A stretch of 64,000 bases of DNA from Mycobacterium sp. GTDB lineage: Bacteria > Actinomycetota > Actinomycetes > Mycobacteriales > Mycobacteriaceae. Under the pieces are notes generated by a model that was not told the DNA's origin, did no database searches, and saw only the letters and a program-made list of their open reading frames with translations. The translations under genes and the position numbers were made by a program. The stretch covers positions 12,138 through 76,137 of the forward strand of contig JAOPVI010000048.1 of NCBI GenBank assembly GCA_025966225.1, given 5' to 3'. This document shows, piece after piece, positions 10,971 to 20,297 of the stretch (position 1 is the stretch's first letter; the number at the start of each line of letters is the position of its first letter).

Positions 10971-11492
10971 GTGCTGTTGCATCAAGGGATCGGCCTGGAC
11001 GCGTTCAACGCGTCGCCCGAACGCAAGGCGGTGCATGCGCTCTACGAGTGCTGCAACAGCGTGACGTTGGCGCGCGACCTCGCGCGCGGCCGAGCCTACG
11101 AGGACCACGACGCCCTGTTCCGTCGGGCCGACGCGCTGCTGTTCGCGCTCTCCGAGCCGGCCGTCGACCAGATTCTCGAGGCCTGCCCGCACCTCGGCAG
11201 ACGGCCGCGCAGCGCCAAGTCCCAAGCCGAGCAGTGTGCGGTGTGGGACGACGACCCCGCGGTGATGACCGAACTCAGCGACTCGGCTCACCAATACGCC
11301 GACAAATACGGGTTCGCGTTCGTGATGTGCATCGGGGGGCTCGGTGCCACCGACGTACTGGCCGCGATCGCCGACCGCATGCACCACGACACCGAAACCG
11401 AGCGGAAGGTGATGCGCAACGAGTTGGCCAAGATCAACCGGTCCCGGCTCGAGCGCATGCTGGGACCCGAAGGTGGCTACCACAACTGGTGA
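10971..11492 (+). CDS. uraD: 2-oxo-4-hydroxy-4-carboxy-5-ureidoimidazoline (OHCU) decarboxylase
   Basis: ORF of 173 aa. The FNASPERKAVHALYECCNS and ACPHLG (AHPRIG-like) pattern is typical of UraD. It lies directly upstream of allantoicase. Confidence 0.8.
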   Translation: MLLHQGIGLDAFNASPERKAVHALYECCNSVTLARDLARGRAYEDHDALFRRADALLFALSEPAVDQILEACPHLGRRPRSAKSQAEQCAVWDDDPAVMTELSDSAHQYADKYGFAFVMCIGGLGATDVLAAIADRMHHDTETERKVMRNELAKINRSRLERMLGPEGGYHNW

Positions 11493-11517
11493 AGGCTGCT
11501 CGCCTAGGCTCGATTGA

Positions 11518-12552
11518 GTGACCACCCCATCCGAACGAAACCTGGCGCATTCACACTTCCTTTCGCTGCCCGATCTGGCTGCGCGTCCCGCTGGCGGGGC
11601 GGTGTTGTGGGCCAACGACGATCTGTTCGCCGAGAAGGAGAACCTGATCAAGCCGGCGCCCGCGGAGTTCCGGCCCGCCACGTTCGGCCACAAGGGCCAG
11701 CTCTACGACGGATGGGAGACGCGGCGCAGGCGTGACGTCGGACCCGATGCGTTCGATTCGGTGATCGTGCGGCTCGCCGTTCCGGGGCTCGTCCGCGGCG
11801 TGGTCGTCGACACCGCGTGGTTCACCGGCAACTACCCTCCGCAGATCTCGGTCGAGGCCGCCTACGTCGCGGGTTATCCGTCCGTCGAGGAACTCGTCGA
11901 AAAGACCCAATGGACCACCATCGTCGAGCGCACCGCGGTGAACGGAGACACCCGCAACCCGTTCAAGGTCGACTCGTCACGGCGCTGGTCGCACGTGCGG
12001 CTGTCCATCTACCCGGACGGCGGGGTGGCTCGGTTTCGGGTGCACGGCGAGGGGCTGCTCAATCCCGACTTCGCAGAGAACATGACGCTGGACCTGGCCG
12101 CGATGGAGAATGGCGGGCGAATCACGGCCTGCTCCAACATGTTCTACAGCTCGCCGAACAACCTGCTGCTGCCGGGCACCGCCAGAACCATGGGTGACGG
12201 CTGGGAGACCTCGCGTAGGCGCGACGCCGGAAATGACTGGGTACAGCTTCATTTGGCGAGCCGCGGCGTGCTCAACGCGGCCGAGCTCGACACGTCGTAC
12301 TTCGTCGGCAACGCCCCCGGCGTCGCCCGGCTCTCGGGACGCGACGGGGACGGCGACTGGTTCGAGCTGTTGCCACCGACGGACCTTCAGCCCGACACCC
12401 GGCACCGCTTCCTCATCGCCGACGATCGCCCGATCACCGACGCGCGGCTCGACATCCATCCCGACGGCGGGATGGCGCGAGTGCGCCTGTTCGGCAGCCT
12501 CACCCCCGACGGCCTCGAGCAGATCAGGAAGGCCTGGGAAGCCAGCGCCTGA
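11518..12552 (+). CDS. alc: allantoicase
   Basis: ORF of 344 aa with the two-repeat allantoicase architecture. The duplicated motifs are YDGWETRRRRD and GDGWETSRRRD. Confidence 0.88.
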   Translation: MTTPSERNLAHSHFLSLPDLAARPAGGAVLWANDDLFAEKENLIKPAPAEFRPATFGHKGQLYDGWETRRRRDVGPDAFDSVIVRLAVPGLVRGVVVDTAWFTGNYPPQISVEAAYVAGYPSVEELVEKTQWTTIVERTAVNGDTRNPFKVDSSRRWSHVRLSIYPDGGVARFRVHGEGLLNPDFAENMTLDLAAMENGGRITACSNMFYSSPNNLLLPGTARTMGDGWETSRRRDAGNDWVQLHLASRGVLNAAELDTSYFVGNAPGVARLSGRDGDGDWFELLPPTDLQPDTRHRFLIADDRPITDARLDIHPDGGMARVRLFGSLTPDGLEQIRKAWEASA

Positions 12553-12751
12553 GCCTCAGCGCGCCACATCGAACTCGGTGGGGAGTGTCGTCGGGACAGC
12601 ACCTGCGCGGCGGCGGCCAACTGGTTCCTGGTGGTTTCGGTGCCGGCGTGCGACGGATCGCGATCATCGGCCAGAGCGCGTATCTGCGCGTGCACGGTGC
12701 GACGACAAGCATTAGCGCTTTTGCTGATGCTATGGGCGTACGCACCGCCGC

Positions 12752-15700
12752 ATGCTGGCTAGCATGAGTGAGACAAGCTGGAGCGACCCCGACATGGACG
12801 CTGACATGAGCGAGCTTCCGACAGGAACGGTCACCTTGCTGCTGGCCGACGTCGAGGGTTCGACCAGGTTGTGGGAGACCCAGCCCGACGTCATGACGGC
12901 GGCAGTCGCGCGACTCGACGAGACCCTGTCCGAAGCGATCGCGACCCATCACGGCGTGCGACCCGTCGAGCAGGGTGAGGGCGACAGTTTCGTCATCGCA
13001 TTCCCCCGCGCCGCCGACGCGGTGGCATGCGCGCTTGAGTTGCAACGGTCGCCGTTGGCGCCGATCAAGTTGCGCGTCGGCGTCCACACCGGCGACATCC
13101 AACTGCGCGACGAAGGCAACTACATCGGCCCGACGATCAACCGCACCGCGCGACTCCGTGATCTCGCGCATGGCGGCCAGACGGTGCTCTCGGGTGCGAC
13201 GGAACCGCTTGTCATCGACCAACTCCCGCCTGACGTGTCGCTCACCGATCTGGGGTCCCATCCGCTGCGCGATCTCCCCCGCCCAGAACGGGTGGTGCAA
13301 CTCTGCCATCCCGATCTGCACAACGACTTTCCGCCGCTGCGCACCGCCAATGCCGTAGCAACCAAGCATCTTCCGGTGCAGCTGTCGAGTTTCATCGGAC
13401 GTAATGCGGAAATAGTCGGGATCCGCGAGGCGCTCGCCGACAACCGGCTGATCACGCTGACGGGCGCGGGTGGCGCGGGAAAGACGCGCTTGGCGGTGCA
13501 GGTCGCGGCCACCATCGCCACCGAATTTGCCGACGGCGTTTGGTATGTCGACCTGGCATCGATCACCAATCCCGAGGTGGTGCCCGTGACGGCGGCACGC
13601 GCGCTGGGTCTGCCAGACCAACCCGGCCAACAGACGATGGACGTACTGCTGCGATTCATCCGCGATCGCCGGGTGTTGATCGTCCTCGACAACTGCGAAC
13701 ACCTGCTCGACTCCAGCGCGGAATTGATTGTCGGGCTGTTGGCAGGTTGCCCCCGTTTGACGCTGCTGACGACGAGTCGCGAGCCAATCGGCGTGACGGG
13801 CGAGGTGAGCTGGCGGGTGCCCTCGCTGTCATTGGCCGACGAAGCGATCGAACTGTTCAGCGACCGCGCGCGCAGGACCAAGCCCGAATTCCGTGTCACT
13901 GCAAACAACGCCGAGGCCGTGACCGAGATCTGTCGTAGGCTCGACGGCCTTCCCCTGGCCATCGAGCTCGCCGCGGCCCGCGTCCGCGCACTGTCGCCTG
14001 CCGAAATCCTCGAAAGCCTGCATGATCAGTTCCGACTGCTGACTGGTGGAGCGCGTACCGCTGTGCGCCGCCAGCAGACCTTGCGCGCATCGGTGGACTG
14101 GTCGCACGCGCTGCTGAGCGAGCCCGAACAGGTGTTGTTCCGAAGACTGGCGGTTTTCCACGGCGGGCTCGATGTCGACGCCGCCCAGGCCGTCGCGGGC
14201 GGCGCCGAGGCGGAGCGCTATCAGGTGCTCGACCAGCTCACGCTGCTGGTCGACAAGTCTCTCCTGGTCACCGATCAAAGCAAACATGGAACGCGCTACC
14301 GGCTGCTGGAAACCGTGCGTCAGTACGCACAGGAGAAACTGCACGAGTCCCGCGAGGGCGACGACGTACGGATTCGTCACCGCGACCACTACGCGGCGCT
14401 GGCCGCCCAGTTCGCCGCTGCAGCAGGCGACGACTACGAGCGGCGCATCGATCAGGCAGACTCCGAAATCGACAATCTGCGTGCCGCTTTCGCGTGGAGC
14501 CGGGAAAACTCGGACACCGAGCTGGCACTCGAACTGGCGTCGGCCCTGCATCCGCTCTGGCTCGCGCGGGGACGCATCCAGGAAGGGCTCAACTGGCTCT
14601 CCGCTGCCCTCGCCGACGCAGACTGCGACGGAGCCGCCGCGTCGGCGCAGCGAGTGCGCGCGTCGGTGGGGCGGGCCGTCCTGATGGCATTCAGGGGCAT
14701 GGTCGCCCCTGCCGAGCTGGATGACCCCGGCCGAATTCTGGCGGCGGCACGGGAACTCGGCGACCCCGCGCTCGTGGCCCGGGCGCTGACCGCGTGTGGG
14801 TGTTTCGCCGACGCCGACCGCGAGCGAGGCAGCGCCTGCTTCGCCGAGGCTGCGCAAATTGCGCGGGACATCGGCGACTCGTGGTGGCTCGGGCAGACAC
14901 TCGTCTTGGACGCTACGTTCGCACTCGTCTTTGGTGAACCAGTCGCGGCAGAGGCGGCCGCCAAAGAAGGGCTTGCAATAGCGGACGGCATCGGCGACGG
15001 CTCCGTATCGCGGCAGTGCCGCTACGTCCTGGCCTGGGCTCAGGTCCTGCGTGGCGATTTGACCGGGGCGCTCCCTCGGCTTCGTGAGGTGGGCGAGGAG
15101 TACGCGATGGCTCACGACGCGATGTTCGCAGTGCACGTATCGAATATGGAGGCGATCACGCTGGCCTACCAGGGACACTCGGACGAGGCTCGACTGGCCG
15201 CGGAAGTTGCCCTCAAACGCGCAGCCGAATTCTTTGATTCCACCACGGCTTCCGTCTACTCCGGGTTCGCGATCTTGCACCTGGCTGCGGGCGACGCGAG
15301 CGCAGCATGGGAGGCATCTGAGGCAGGACGCAAGCTCACCGGGATGTACTTTCAGACGGCCCCGCTCTACAACTGGACGGCCCTGGCGCCGTTGGCATGC
15401 GGCGATCTCGCCGCCGCACGTCGCTGGGCCGACGACGTGGTGGCGGCAACCACGGCCTGGAGTCGGGCCGCCGCCTTGACGTCGCGCGCGCGCGTCGAGA
15501 TTGCGCTGGGCGAACTCGACGTCGCCGACCGTGATGCGTACGACGCGCTCGACTTGGCCGCCCGCCTCGGCGGTGACCTCCTCGTCCCATTCGCTCTCGA
15601 CTGCCTCGCTGTAGTGGCAGCTCATACCGGTAACCACGTGTCCTCGGCGCGGCTGTTCGGCGCGGCGGACGCAGCCCGTCTGCACATGGGCATGATGCGC

Positions 15701-16060
15701 TTCAAAGTCTTCGACGAAGGCGACGAGGCCAGGATCGCCGGAGTTCGGAATGCTCTGGGTGAGCACGACTTCGACGCTGCATGGGCCGAGGGCGCGGCTT
15801 TGTCGATCGAGGAAGCGACTGCGTTCGCGCTGCGTGGCCGCGGCGGCCGCAAGCGCGCCTCGACCGGTTGGGATTCGCTCACCCCGGCCGAACTCAACGT
15901 CGTCCGACTGGTCTGCGAGGGCTTGGGCAATAAGGACATCGCCGCGCGACTCTTCGTCTCGCACAGAACCGTGCAGGCCCACCTCACGCACGTTTACACC
16001 AAGCTCGGACTGACCTCCCGGGTGCAGCTAGCCCAGGAGGCAACGGCCCGTACTACGTGA
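12752..16060 (+). CDS. class III adenylate/guanylate cyclase - STAND ATPase - TPR - LuxR HTH regulator (Rv0386/Rv1358/Rv2488c-like architecture)
   Basis: ORF of 1102 aa. It has an N-terminal cyclase signature TLLLADVEGSTRLWE, a P-loop LTGAGGAGKTRLA, a helical repeat region and a C-terminal LuxR HTH LTPAELNVVRLVCEGLGNKDIAARLFVSHRTVQAHLTHVYTKLG. Confidence 0.9.
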   Translation: MLASMSETSWSDPDMDADMSELPTGTVTLLLADVEGSTRLWETQPDVMTAAVARLDETLSEAIATHHGVRPVEQGEGDSFVIAFPRAADAVACALELQRSPLAPIKLRVGVHTGDIQLRDEGNYIGPTINRTARLRDLAHGGQTVLSGATEPLVIDQLPPDVSLTDLGSHPLRDLPRPERVVQLCHPDLHNDFPPLRTANAVATKHLPVQLSSFIGRNAEIVGIREALADNRLITLTGAGGAGKTRLAVQVAATIATEFADGVWYVDLASITNPEVVPVTAARALGLPDQPGQQTMDVLLRFIRDRRVLIVLDNCEHLLDSSAELIVGLLAGCPRLTLLTTSREPIGVTGEVSWRVPSLSLADEAIELFSDRARRTKPEFRVTANNAEAVTEICRRLDGLPLAIELAAARVRALSPAEILESLHDQFRLLTGGARTAVRRQQTLRASVDWSHALLSEPEQVLFRRLAVFHGGLDVDAAQAVAGGAEAERYQVLDQLTLLVDKSLLVTDQSKHGTRYRLLETVRQYAQEKLHESREGDDVRIRHRDHYAALAAQFAAAAGDDYERRIDQADSEIDNLRAAFAWSRENSDTELALELASALHPLWLARGRIQEGLNWLSAALADADCDGAAASAQRVRASVGRAVLMAFRGMVAPAELDDPGRILAAARELGDPALVARALTACGCFADADRERGSACFAEAAQIARDIGDSWWLGQTLVLDATFALVFGEPVAAEAAAKEGLAIADGIGDGSVSRQCRYVLAWAQVLRGDLTGALPRLREVGEEYAMAHDAMFAVHVSNMEAITLAYQGHSDEARLAAEVALKRAAEFFDSTTASVYSGFAILHLAAGDASAAWEASEAGRKLTGMYFQTAPLYNWTALAPLACGDLAAARRWADDVVAATTAWSRAAALTSRARVEIALGELDVADRDAYDALDLAARLGGDLLVPFALDCLAVVAAHTGNHVSSARLFGAADAARLHMGMMRFKVFDEGDEARIAGVRNALGEHDFDAAWAEGAALSIEEATAFALRGRGGRKRASTGWDSLTPAELNVVRLVCEGLGNKDIAARLFVSHRTVQAHLTHVYTKLGLTSRVQLAQEATARTT

Positions 16061-16065
16061 AGCCT

Positions 16066-16365
16066 TCAATGGCCGGCCTCGAACGCGATGGGAAGCGTTG
16101 TCGGACCCGAGATCTCGAAGATCGACTTCCACGGCGCCGGACCGGTGCGCCGCAGGTTGGGCATGCGGCGGGCAATGACCGTCAACGCCTCGGCAAGTTC
16201 GACCCTGGTCAGGTGGGCACCGAGGCAATAGTGCACTCCCCGCCGAACGTGAGCATGGCAGGCGGCTCCTCGCGGGTGATGTCGAGGCGCTCCGGCCCGT
16301 CGTAGCGCGCCGGTCCCGGTTGGCCGCGGCCGTACTGGCCATGACGTACGCCCCGGCCCCGATGA
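16066..16365 (-). pseudogene. cytochrome P450 3'-terminal remnant with two -1 frameshifts
   Basis: Three frames together read GVLIGAGAYVMASTAAANRD / PARYDGPERLDITREEPPAMLTFGG / GVHYCLGAHLTRVELAEALTVIARRM...FEAGH*. This includes the heme-binding loop FGGGVHYCLG. The frame breaks fall in a C-run near 16312 and a G-run at 16238-16241. About 300 N-terminal codons are absent. Confidence 0.8.
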
Positions 16366-16461
16366 GCACCCCACCTCGCCCACGTCTTCGCCAAGCTGGG
16401 AGTCGCCTCCCGCACGCAACTCGCCCAACTCGCCTCAAAGCAGACGACGTCGGACGCATGA
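16366..16461 (+). pseudogene. LuxR-family C-terminal remnant (last ~31 codons only)
   Basis: Translation APHLAHVFAKLGVASRTQLAQLASKQTTSDA* parallels the end of the upstream intact gene (HLTHVYTKLGLTSRVQLAQEA). An in-frame TGA sits immediately upstream at 16363. The remnant abuts the P450 remnant head to head. Confidence 0.65.
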
Positions 16462-16468
16462 TGGTCCC

Positions 16469-17617
16469 GTGACCGACGTAGTTCAAGGGCATTGCGATGC
16501 CCGATTCGACAAAGTGGCCGACGCGCTCGGCCAAGCCATCTCCGACGGCGAGGAGGTCGGCGCATCCATCGCCATCGACATCGGCGGCGAGACCGTCGTC
16601 GACATCTGGGGCGGCCACGCCGACGCCGCGAAGACGAAGCCGTGGACGGCGGACACCGTCGTCAACGTCTGGTCGTCGACCAAGACGGTCACTGCGCTCG
16701 CCGGCCTGATGCTGATCGATCGCGGACTCATCGAACCGAGCACCCCCGTCGCCAGCGTCTGGCCGGAGTTCGGGGCGAACGGCAAGGAGCACATCGAGTT
16801 TCGCCATTTCCTGTCGCATTCGTCGGGCGTGTCCGGGTGGGATCAGCCCGTCGTGCCCGAGGACATCTACGACTGGGACAAGTCGACGGCCATGCTCGCC
16901 GCCCAGGCTCCGTGGTGGGAGCCGGGCACCGCGTCGGGCTACCAGGCGCTGAACCACGGTCACCTCATCGGTGAGGTACTGCGCCGGGTGACGGGAACGT
17001 CACTCAAGGAGTTCGTCCGCGACGAGATCGCGGGGCCGCTCGACGCGGACTTCCAGATCGGTGCCGCACCTGGGGACTCGGCGCGCATCGCGGAGGTCAT
17101 CCTCCCCGCGGACCCGATGGAGGGCCTTCCGCCGCTGGATCAGTGGACCGAGCAGATGATCAAGACGTTCACCGGTCCCGCGCCTGACCCAGCAATTGCG
17201 AACACTGCGGAGTGGCGGGCCGCCGACATCGGCGCCGCCAACGGTCACACCAACGCGCGGGCGCTGGCGCGGATACTCTCGGCGATCTCGTTGGGCGGGG
17301 CGGTGGACGGCGTTCGGCTACTACGGCCGGAGACGATCGAGCGGATCTTCGAGGTGCAGTGCGAGGGACCCGACCTGGTGCTGGCACTCCATCCGATCAA
17401 GTGGGGCCTCGGATTCGGCCTGCCCACCCCCGAATCCATCCCGTACATCCCTGAAGGGAAGATCTGTTTCTGGGGTGGCTGGGGCGGATCCTGGGAGGCG
17501 ATGAACCCCGACCGACGGACCACCATCGCCTACGTGATGAACAAGATGGGTCCGGGTATCGAGGGTTCCGAGCGCACCGCCAAGTACTTCACGCACATCT
17601 ACGAAGCGCTGTCCTGA
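16469..17617 (+). CDS. serine hydrolase, beta-lactamase/esterase (class C-like) family
   Basis: ORF of 382 aa with a GTG start and the SxxK nucleophile motif VWSSTKTVTAL. Confidence 0.82.
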   Translation: MTDVVQGHCDARFDKVADALGQAISDGEEVGASIAIDIGGETVVDIWGGHADAAKTKPWTADTVVNVWSSTKTVTALAGLMLIDRGLIEPSTPVASVWPEFGANGKEHIEFRHFLSHSSGVSGWDQPVVPEDIYDWDKSTAMLAAQAPWWEPGTASGYQALNHGHLIGEVLRRVTGTSLKEFVRDEIAGPLDADFQIGAAPGDSARIAEVILPADPMEGLPPLDQWTEQMIKTFTGPAPDPAIANTAEWRAADIGAANGHTNARALARILSAISLGGAVDGVRLLRPETIERIFEVQCEGPDLVLALHPIKWGLGFGLPTPESIPYIPEGKICFWGGWGGSWEAMNPDRRTTIAYVMNKMGPGIEGSERTAKYFTHIYEALS

Positions 17618-17621
17618 CGAT

Positions 17622-18842
17622 TCAGCCCTCCCGAGTCGCTTCGCTCCTGCCCTCCGGAGCCACCAACGAGGCGATGCGGCGCCCGATGGGAAGCGCGGCC
17701 GTCGCCGCGGGTGACGGCGAGTTGAGCACGTGGACCATCCGCGCGGTCTGCTCGATGACGAAGTCGTGCACGAGGGTGCCGTCCCTGCGAACGGCCTGGG
17801 CCCGGATACCCGCCTCGCGGGGAAGCAGGTCGTCGATGGTCAATGCAGGCGCGTACTTGCGGCACTCGCGCAGATAGCTATTCTTGGACAACGAGTTTCG
17901 AATCTCGTGCACGCCCGTACGCACGTTCGCCCCGGCGACGCGCCACAGTCCCGGGAAGGCGGCCATGCGGGCGACGTCACGGAAGTCGAAGGAGCCCTTC
18001 GGATAACCTTCGCGAGCCAATCCGAGCACGGCGCTGGGCCCGACGGTGATGTCGCCGTCGATGGTGGGGCTCAGGTGCACGCCGAGGAACGGAAGTTCGG
18101 GATCGGGCACCGGGTAGATGAGCCGCCGCACGAAGTTCGCACGTGCCGAAGGCAATTGGAAGTACTCACCTCGGAACGGGACGATCTGTACGTCCGTCCG
18201 AACCCCGGCCAACTCCGCGAGCCGATCCGACTGCAGTCCGGCGCACACCACCAAGCGGTCGCAGCGCAACGACGCCGACTCCGTCGAGACGGTCACGCCC
18301 GCGGCGCCCTCGACGATGTCGGTCACCCTGGCACCGGTGCGCACCGCGCCGCCCGCGGCCATGATCAAGTCGGCAAGCTTGCGCGCCACCAGCCGGTAGT
18401 CGACGATGCCCGTGGCGGGAAGGTGCAACGCCCGCAAACCTGTGACGTTCGGCTCGAGCTCGCCGAGCTCGTCGTGATCCATTGGCCGATAAGTGATTCC
18501 GTTGACCGCGGCGCGGTCTTGCAATACGGTCAGCCGGCTTGCTTCGACGGAGTTGGTTGCGACGATGAGCTTTCCGCACTCTTCGAACGCGATGCCGAAT
18601 TCAGTGCAGAAGTCTTTGGTCTCCCGTTCGCCTGCCTTGGAAAGCGTGGCCTTGAGACTGCCGGGTTCGTAATAGATGCCGGAGTGGATGACGCCGCTGT
18701 TGTGACCCGTTTGATGGACGGCGACGTCGTGCTCACCGTCGAGTACGACGACCGACGCGTCGGGCTGCGCCTCGAGCAGGTGGTGCGCCGTCGAGAGCCC
18801 GACGATCCCGGCCCCGATGACGCAGTAGCGATACCGATCCAT
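17622..18842 (-). CDS. lhgO: FAD-dependent L-2-hydroxyglutarate oxidase/dehydrogenase
   Basis: ORF of 406 aa with the N-terminal dinucleotide fold YCVIGAGIVGLSTA. Overall pattern is LhgO-like. Confidence 0.8.
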   Translation of the reverse strand: MDRYRYCVIGAGIVGLSTAHHLLEAQPDASVVVLDGEHDVAVHQTGHNSGVIHSGIYYEPGSLKATLSKAGERETKDFCTEFGIAFEECGKLIVATNSVEASRLTVLQDRAAVNGITYRPMDHDELGELEPNVTGLRALHLPATGIVDYRLVARKLADLIMAAGGAVRTGARVTDIVEGAAGVTVSTESASLRCDRLVVCAGLQSDRLAELAGVRTDVQIVPFRGEYFQLPSARANFVRRLIYPVPDPELPFLGVHLSPTIDGDITVGPSAVLGLAREGYPKGSFDFRDVARMAAFPGLWRVAGANVRTGVHEIRNSLSKNSYLRECRKYAPALTIDDLLPREAGIRAQAVRRDGTLVHDFVIEQTARMVHVLNSPSPAATAALPIGRRIASLVAPEGRSEATREG

Positions 18843-18874
18843 TGCCCCGAACTGTACAAGTCGCAGTTAGCGCG

Positions 18875-19168
18875 TCACCACGTTGCGGAGTGGCTCGCCG
18901 CGAGCCAGCCGATGTTGGCCGTGATGCCGTCGCACCGGCCGATGAAGGTATCCGCGGTGACCCCAGAGGCGTGCGGCGTCATCAGCACGTTGGGCAACCG
19001 CGAGAAAGGCAGCTCGCTCGGAGCGGCCGGTTCGCCGCGAGTGGCCGGGTAGCGGTACCAGACGTCGACCGCAGCGGCGCGGATGCCGCCGTCGCGCAGC
19101 GCCTCGTAGAGCGCGACCTCCTCCACGATGGGCCCGCGACCGACGTTCACCAGCACCCATGAGTCCAT
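18875..19168 (-). pseudogene. D-isomer-specific 2-hydroxyacid dehydrogenase, C-terminal fragment only
   Basis: The 97 aa read VLVNVGRGPIVEEVALYEALRDGGIRAAAVDVWYRYP...LMTPHASGVT, which carries the catalytic R/E/H region. An in-frame stop lies 18 codons upstream and the upstream residues show no homology. The N-terminal ~200 aa are missing. Confidence 0.72.
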
Positions 19169-19209
19169 GCTAATTCGGGGTTGGACGGGTATCCGCAGGT
19201 CGTCGTACC

Positions 19210-20225
19210 GTGGTGAGCATCATGAGTACCGCACGTCACGCCTCCCCGAACCCGTCCGTGCTGCAGGTCGGACCACTGAAGCCGTCGTTGGCGCAGACGC
19301 TTGCCGATGGTTACTCGGCGTACGTACTGCCCGACGAGCCTGCTGAGCGCGCGGAGTTTCTGTCGTTGCACGCCGGCGAGATCACCGCCGTCGTGACGTC
19401 GGGTCGTACCGGGGTGGACGCGGACCTGATGGCGGCGCTGCCGAAGCTTGGCGCGGTCGTGAACTTCGGCGTGGGTTACGACACCACCGACGTCGACGCC
19501 GCCGCAGCCCGCGGGATCGGCGTGAGCAATACCCCGGACGTCTTGACCGACTTCGTGGCGGACACCGCGATCGGCATGATGATCGACACGTTGCGACATT
19601 TCTCGGCCGCCGACCGCTACGTGCGGGCGGGCCAATGGCCGGTGGCCGGTGGCCGGTGGCCGGGAACTACCCGTTGACGCGTCAGGTCAGCAATACCCGG
19701 GTGGGCATCATCGGGCTCGGCCGGATCGGCGGTGCAATCGCCAAGCGGCTCAGTGCTTTTGGTTGCACGATCTCGTATCACAATCGGCGTCCAGTCGAGG
19801 GTTCGCCGTATGAGTACGTGACGTCGCCGGTGGGGTTGGCCAGCGGTGTCGACGTGCTGATCGTCGCGGCGGCAGGCGGTTCGGGCACCCGGCAGTTGGT
19901 CGGCCGCGAGGTTCTCGACGCGCTCGGTGCCGACGGCTATCTGATCAACATCGCGCGCGGCAGCGTCGTCGACCAGGACGCGTTGGTGGCGGCGCTGTCT
20001 GCGGGTCGACTGGCCGGCGCGGGCCTGGACGTGTTCACCGACGAGCCGAACGTGCCAGAGGCGCTGCTGTCCATGGTCAACGTCGTCGTGCTGCCGCACG
20101 TGGGTAGCGGGACGGTGCAGACGCGAGCGGCGATGGAGCAACTGACGCTGCGCAACCTGGACGAGTTCCTGGAGTCAGGTCAGCTCGTCACGCCCGTGCC
20201 GATGCCGGTCGCCACTTCGGGCTGA
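19210..20225 (+). pseudogene. 2-hydroxyacid dehydrogenase (glyoxylate/hydroxypyruvate reductase-like) disrupted by a frameshift in a heptanucleotide repeat
   Basis: ORFs 19210..19677 and 19635..20225 are the two halves of one enzyme. They carry VGIIGLGRIG and INIARGSVVD...DVFTDEP...PHVGSGT. The halves join only if 14 nt are removed from, or 7 nt added to, the repeat at 19637-19663. Confidence 0.85.
19637..19663 (+). repeat. tandem heptanucleotide repeat (GGCCGGT)x3 plus partial GGCCGG
   Basis: Read directly: aat ggccggt ggccggt ggccggt ggccggg aac. One full copy plus the partial would give the in-frame peptide GQWPVAGNYPL. Confidence 0.95.
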
Positions 20226-20297
20226 GCTCGCCTTTGGGCCAATCCTGCAGTTCGCGAGGCGACGTACTTCAGACTGAAGCCTCGGGCAGGAGGGCTG

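Noticed and set aside
12553-12751. Possible regulator remnant (minus-strand peptide TVHAQIRALADDRDPSHAG...RNQLAAAAQ)
   Set aside because: It only vaguely resembles a LuxR-type helix. It is too short and gapped to call without a database search.
12524-15991. Minus-strand ORFs 12524..13702 (392 aa) and 13829..15991 (720 aa)
   Set aside because: Both lie antisense to the cyclase-STAND-LuxR gene, which has clear motifs. Neither shows motifs of its own, and both have R/G/P-rich composition.
17730-19052. 440-aa plus-strand ORF
   Set aside because: Antisense to lhgO and to the dehydrogenase remnant.
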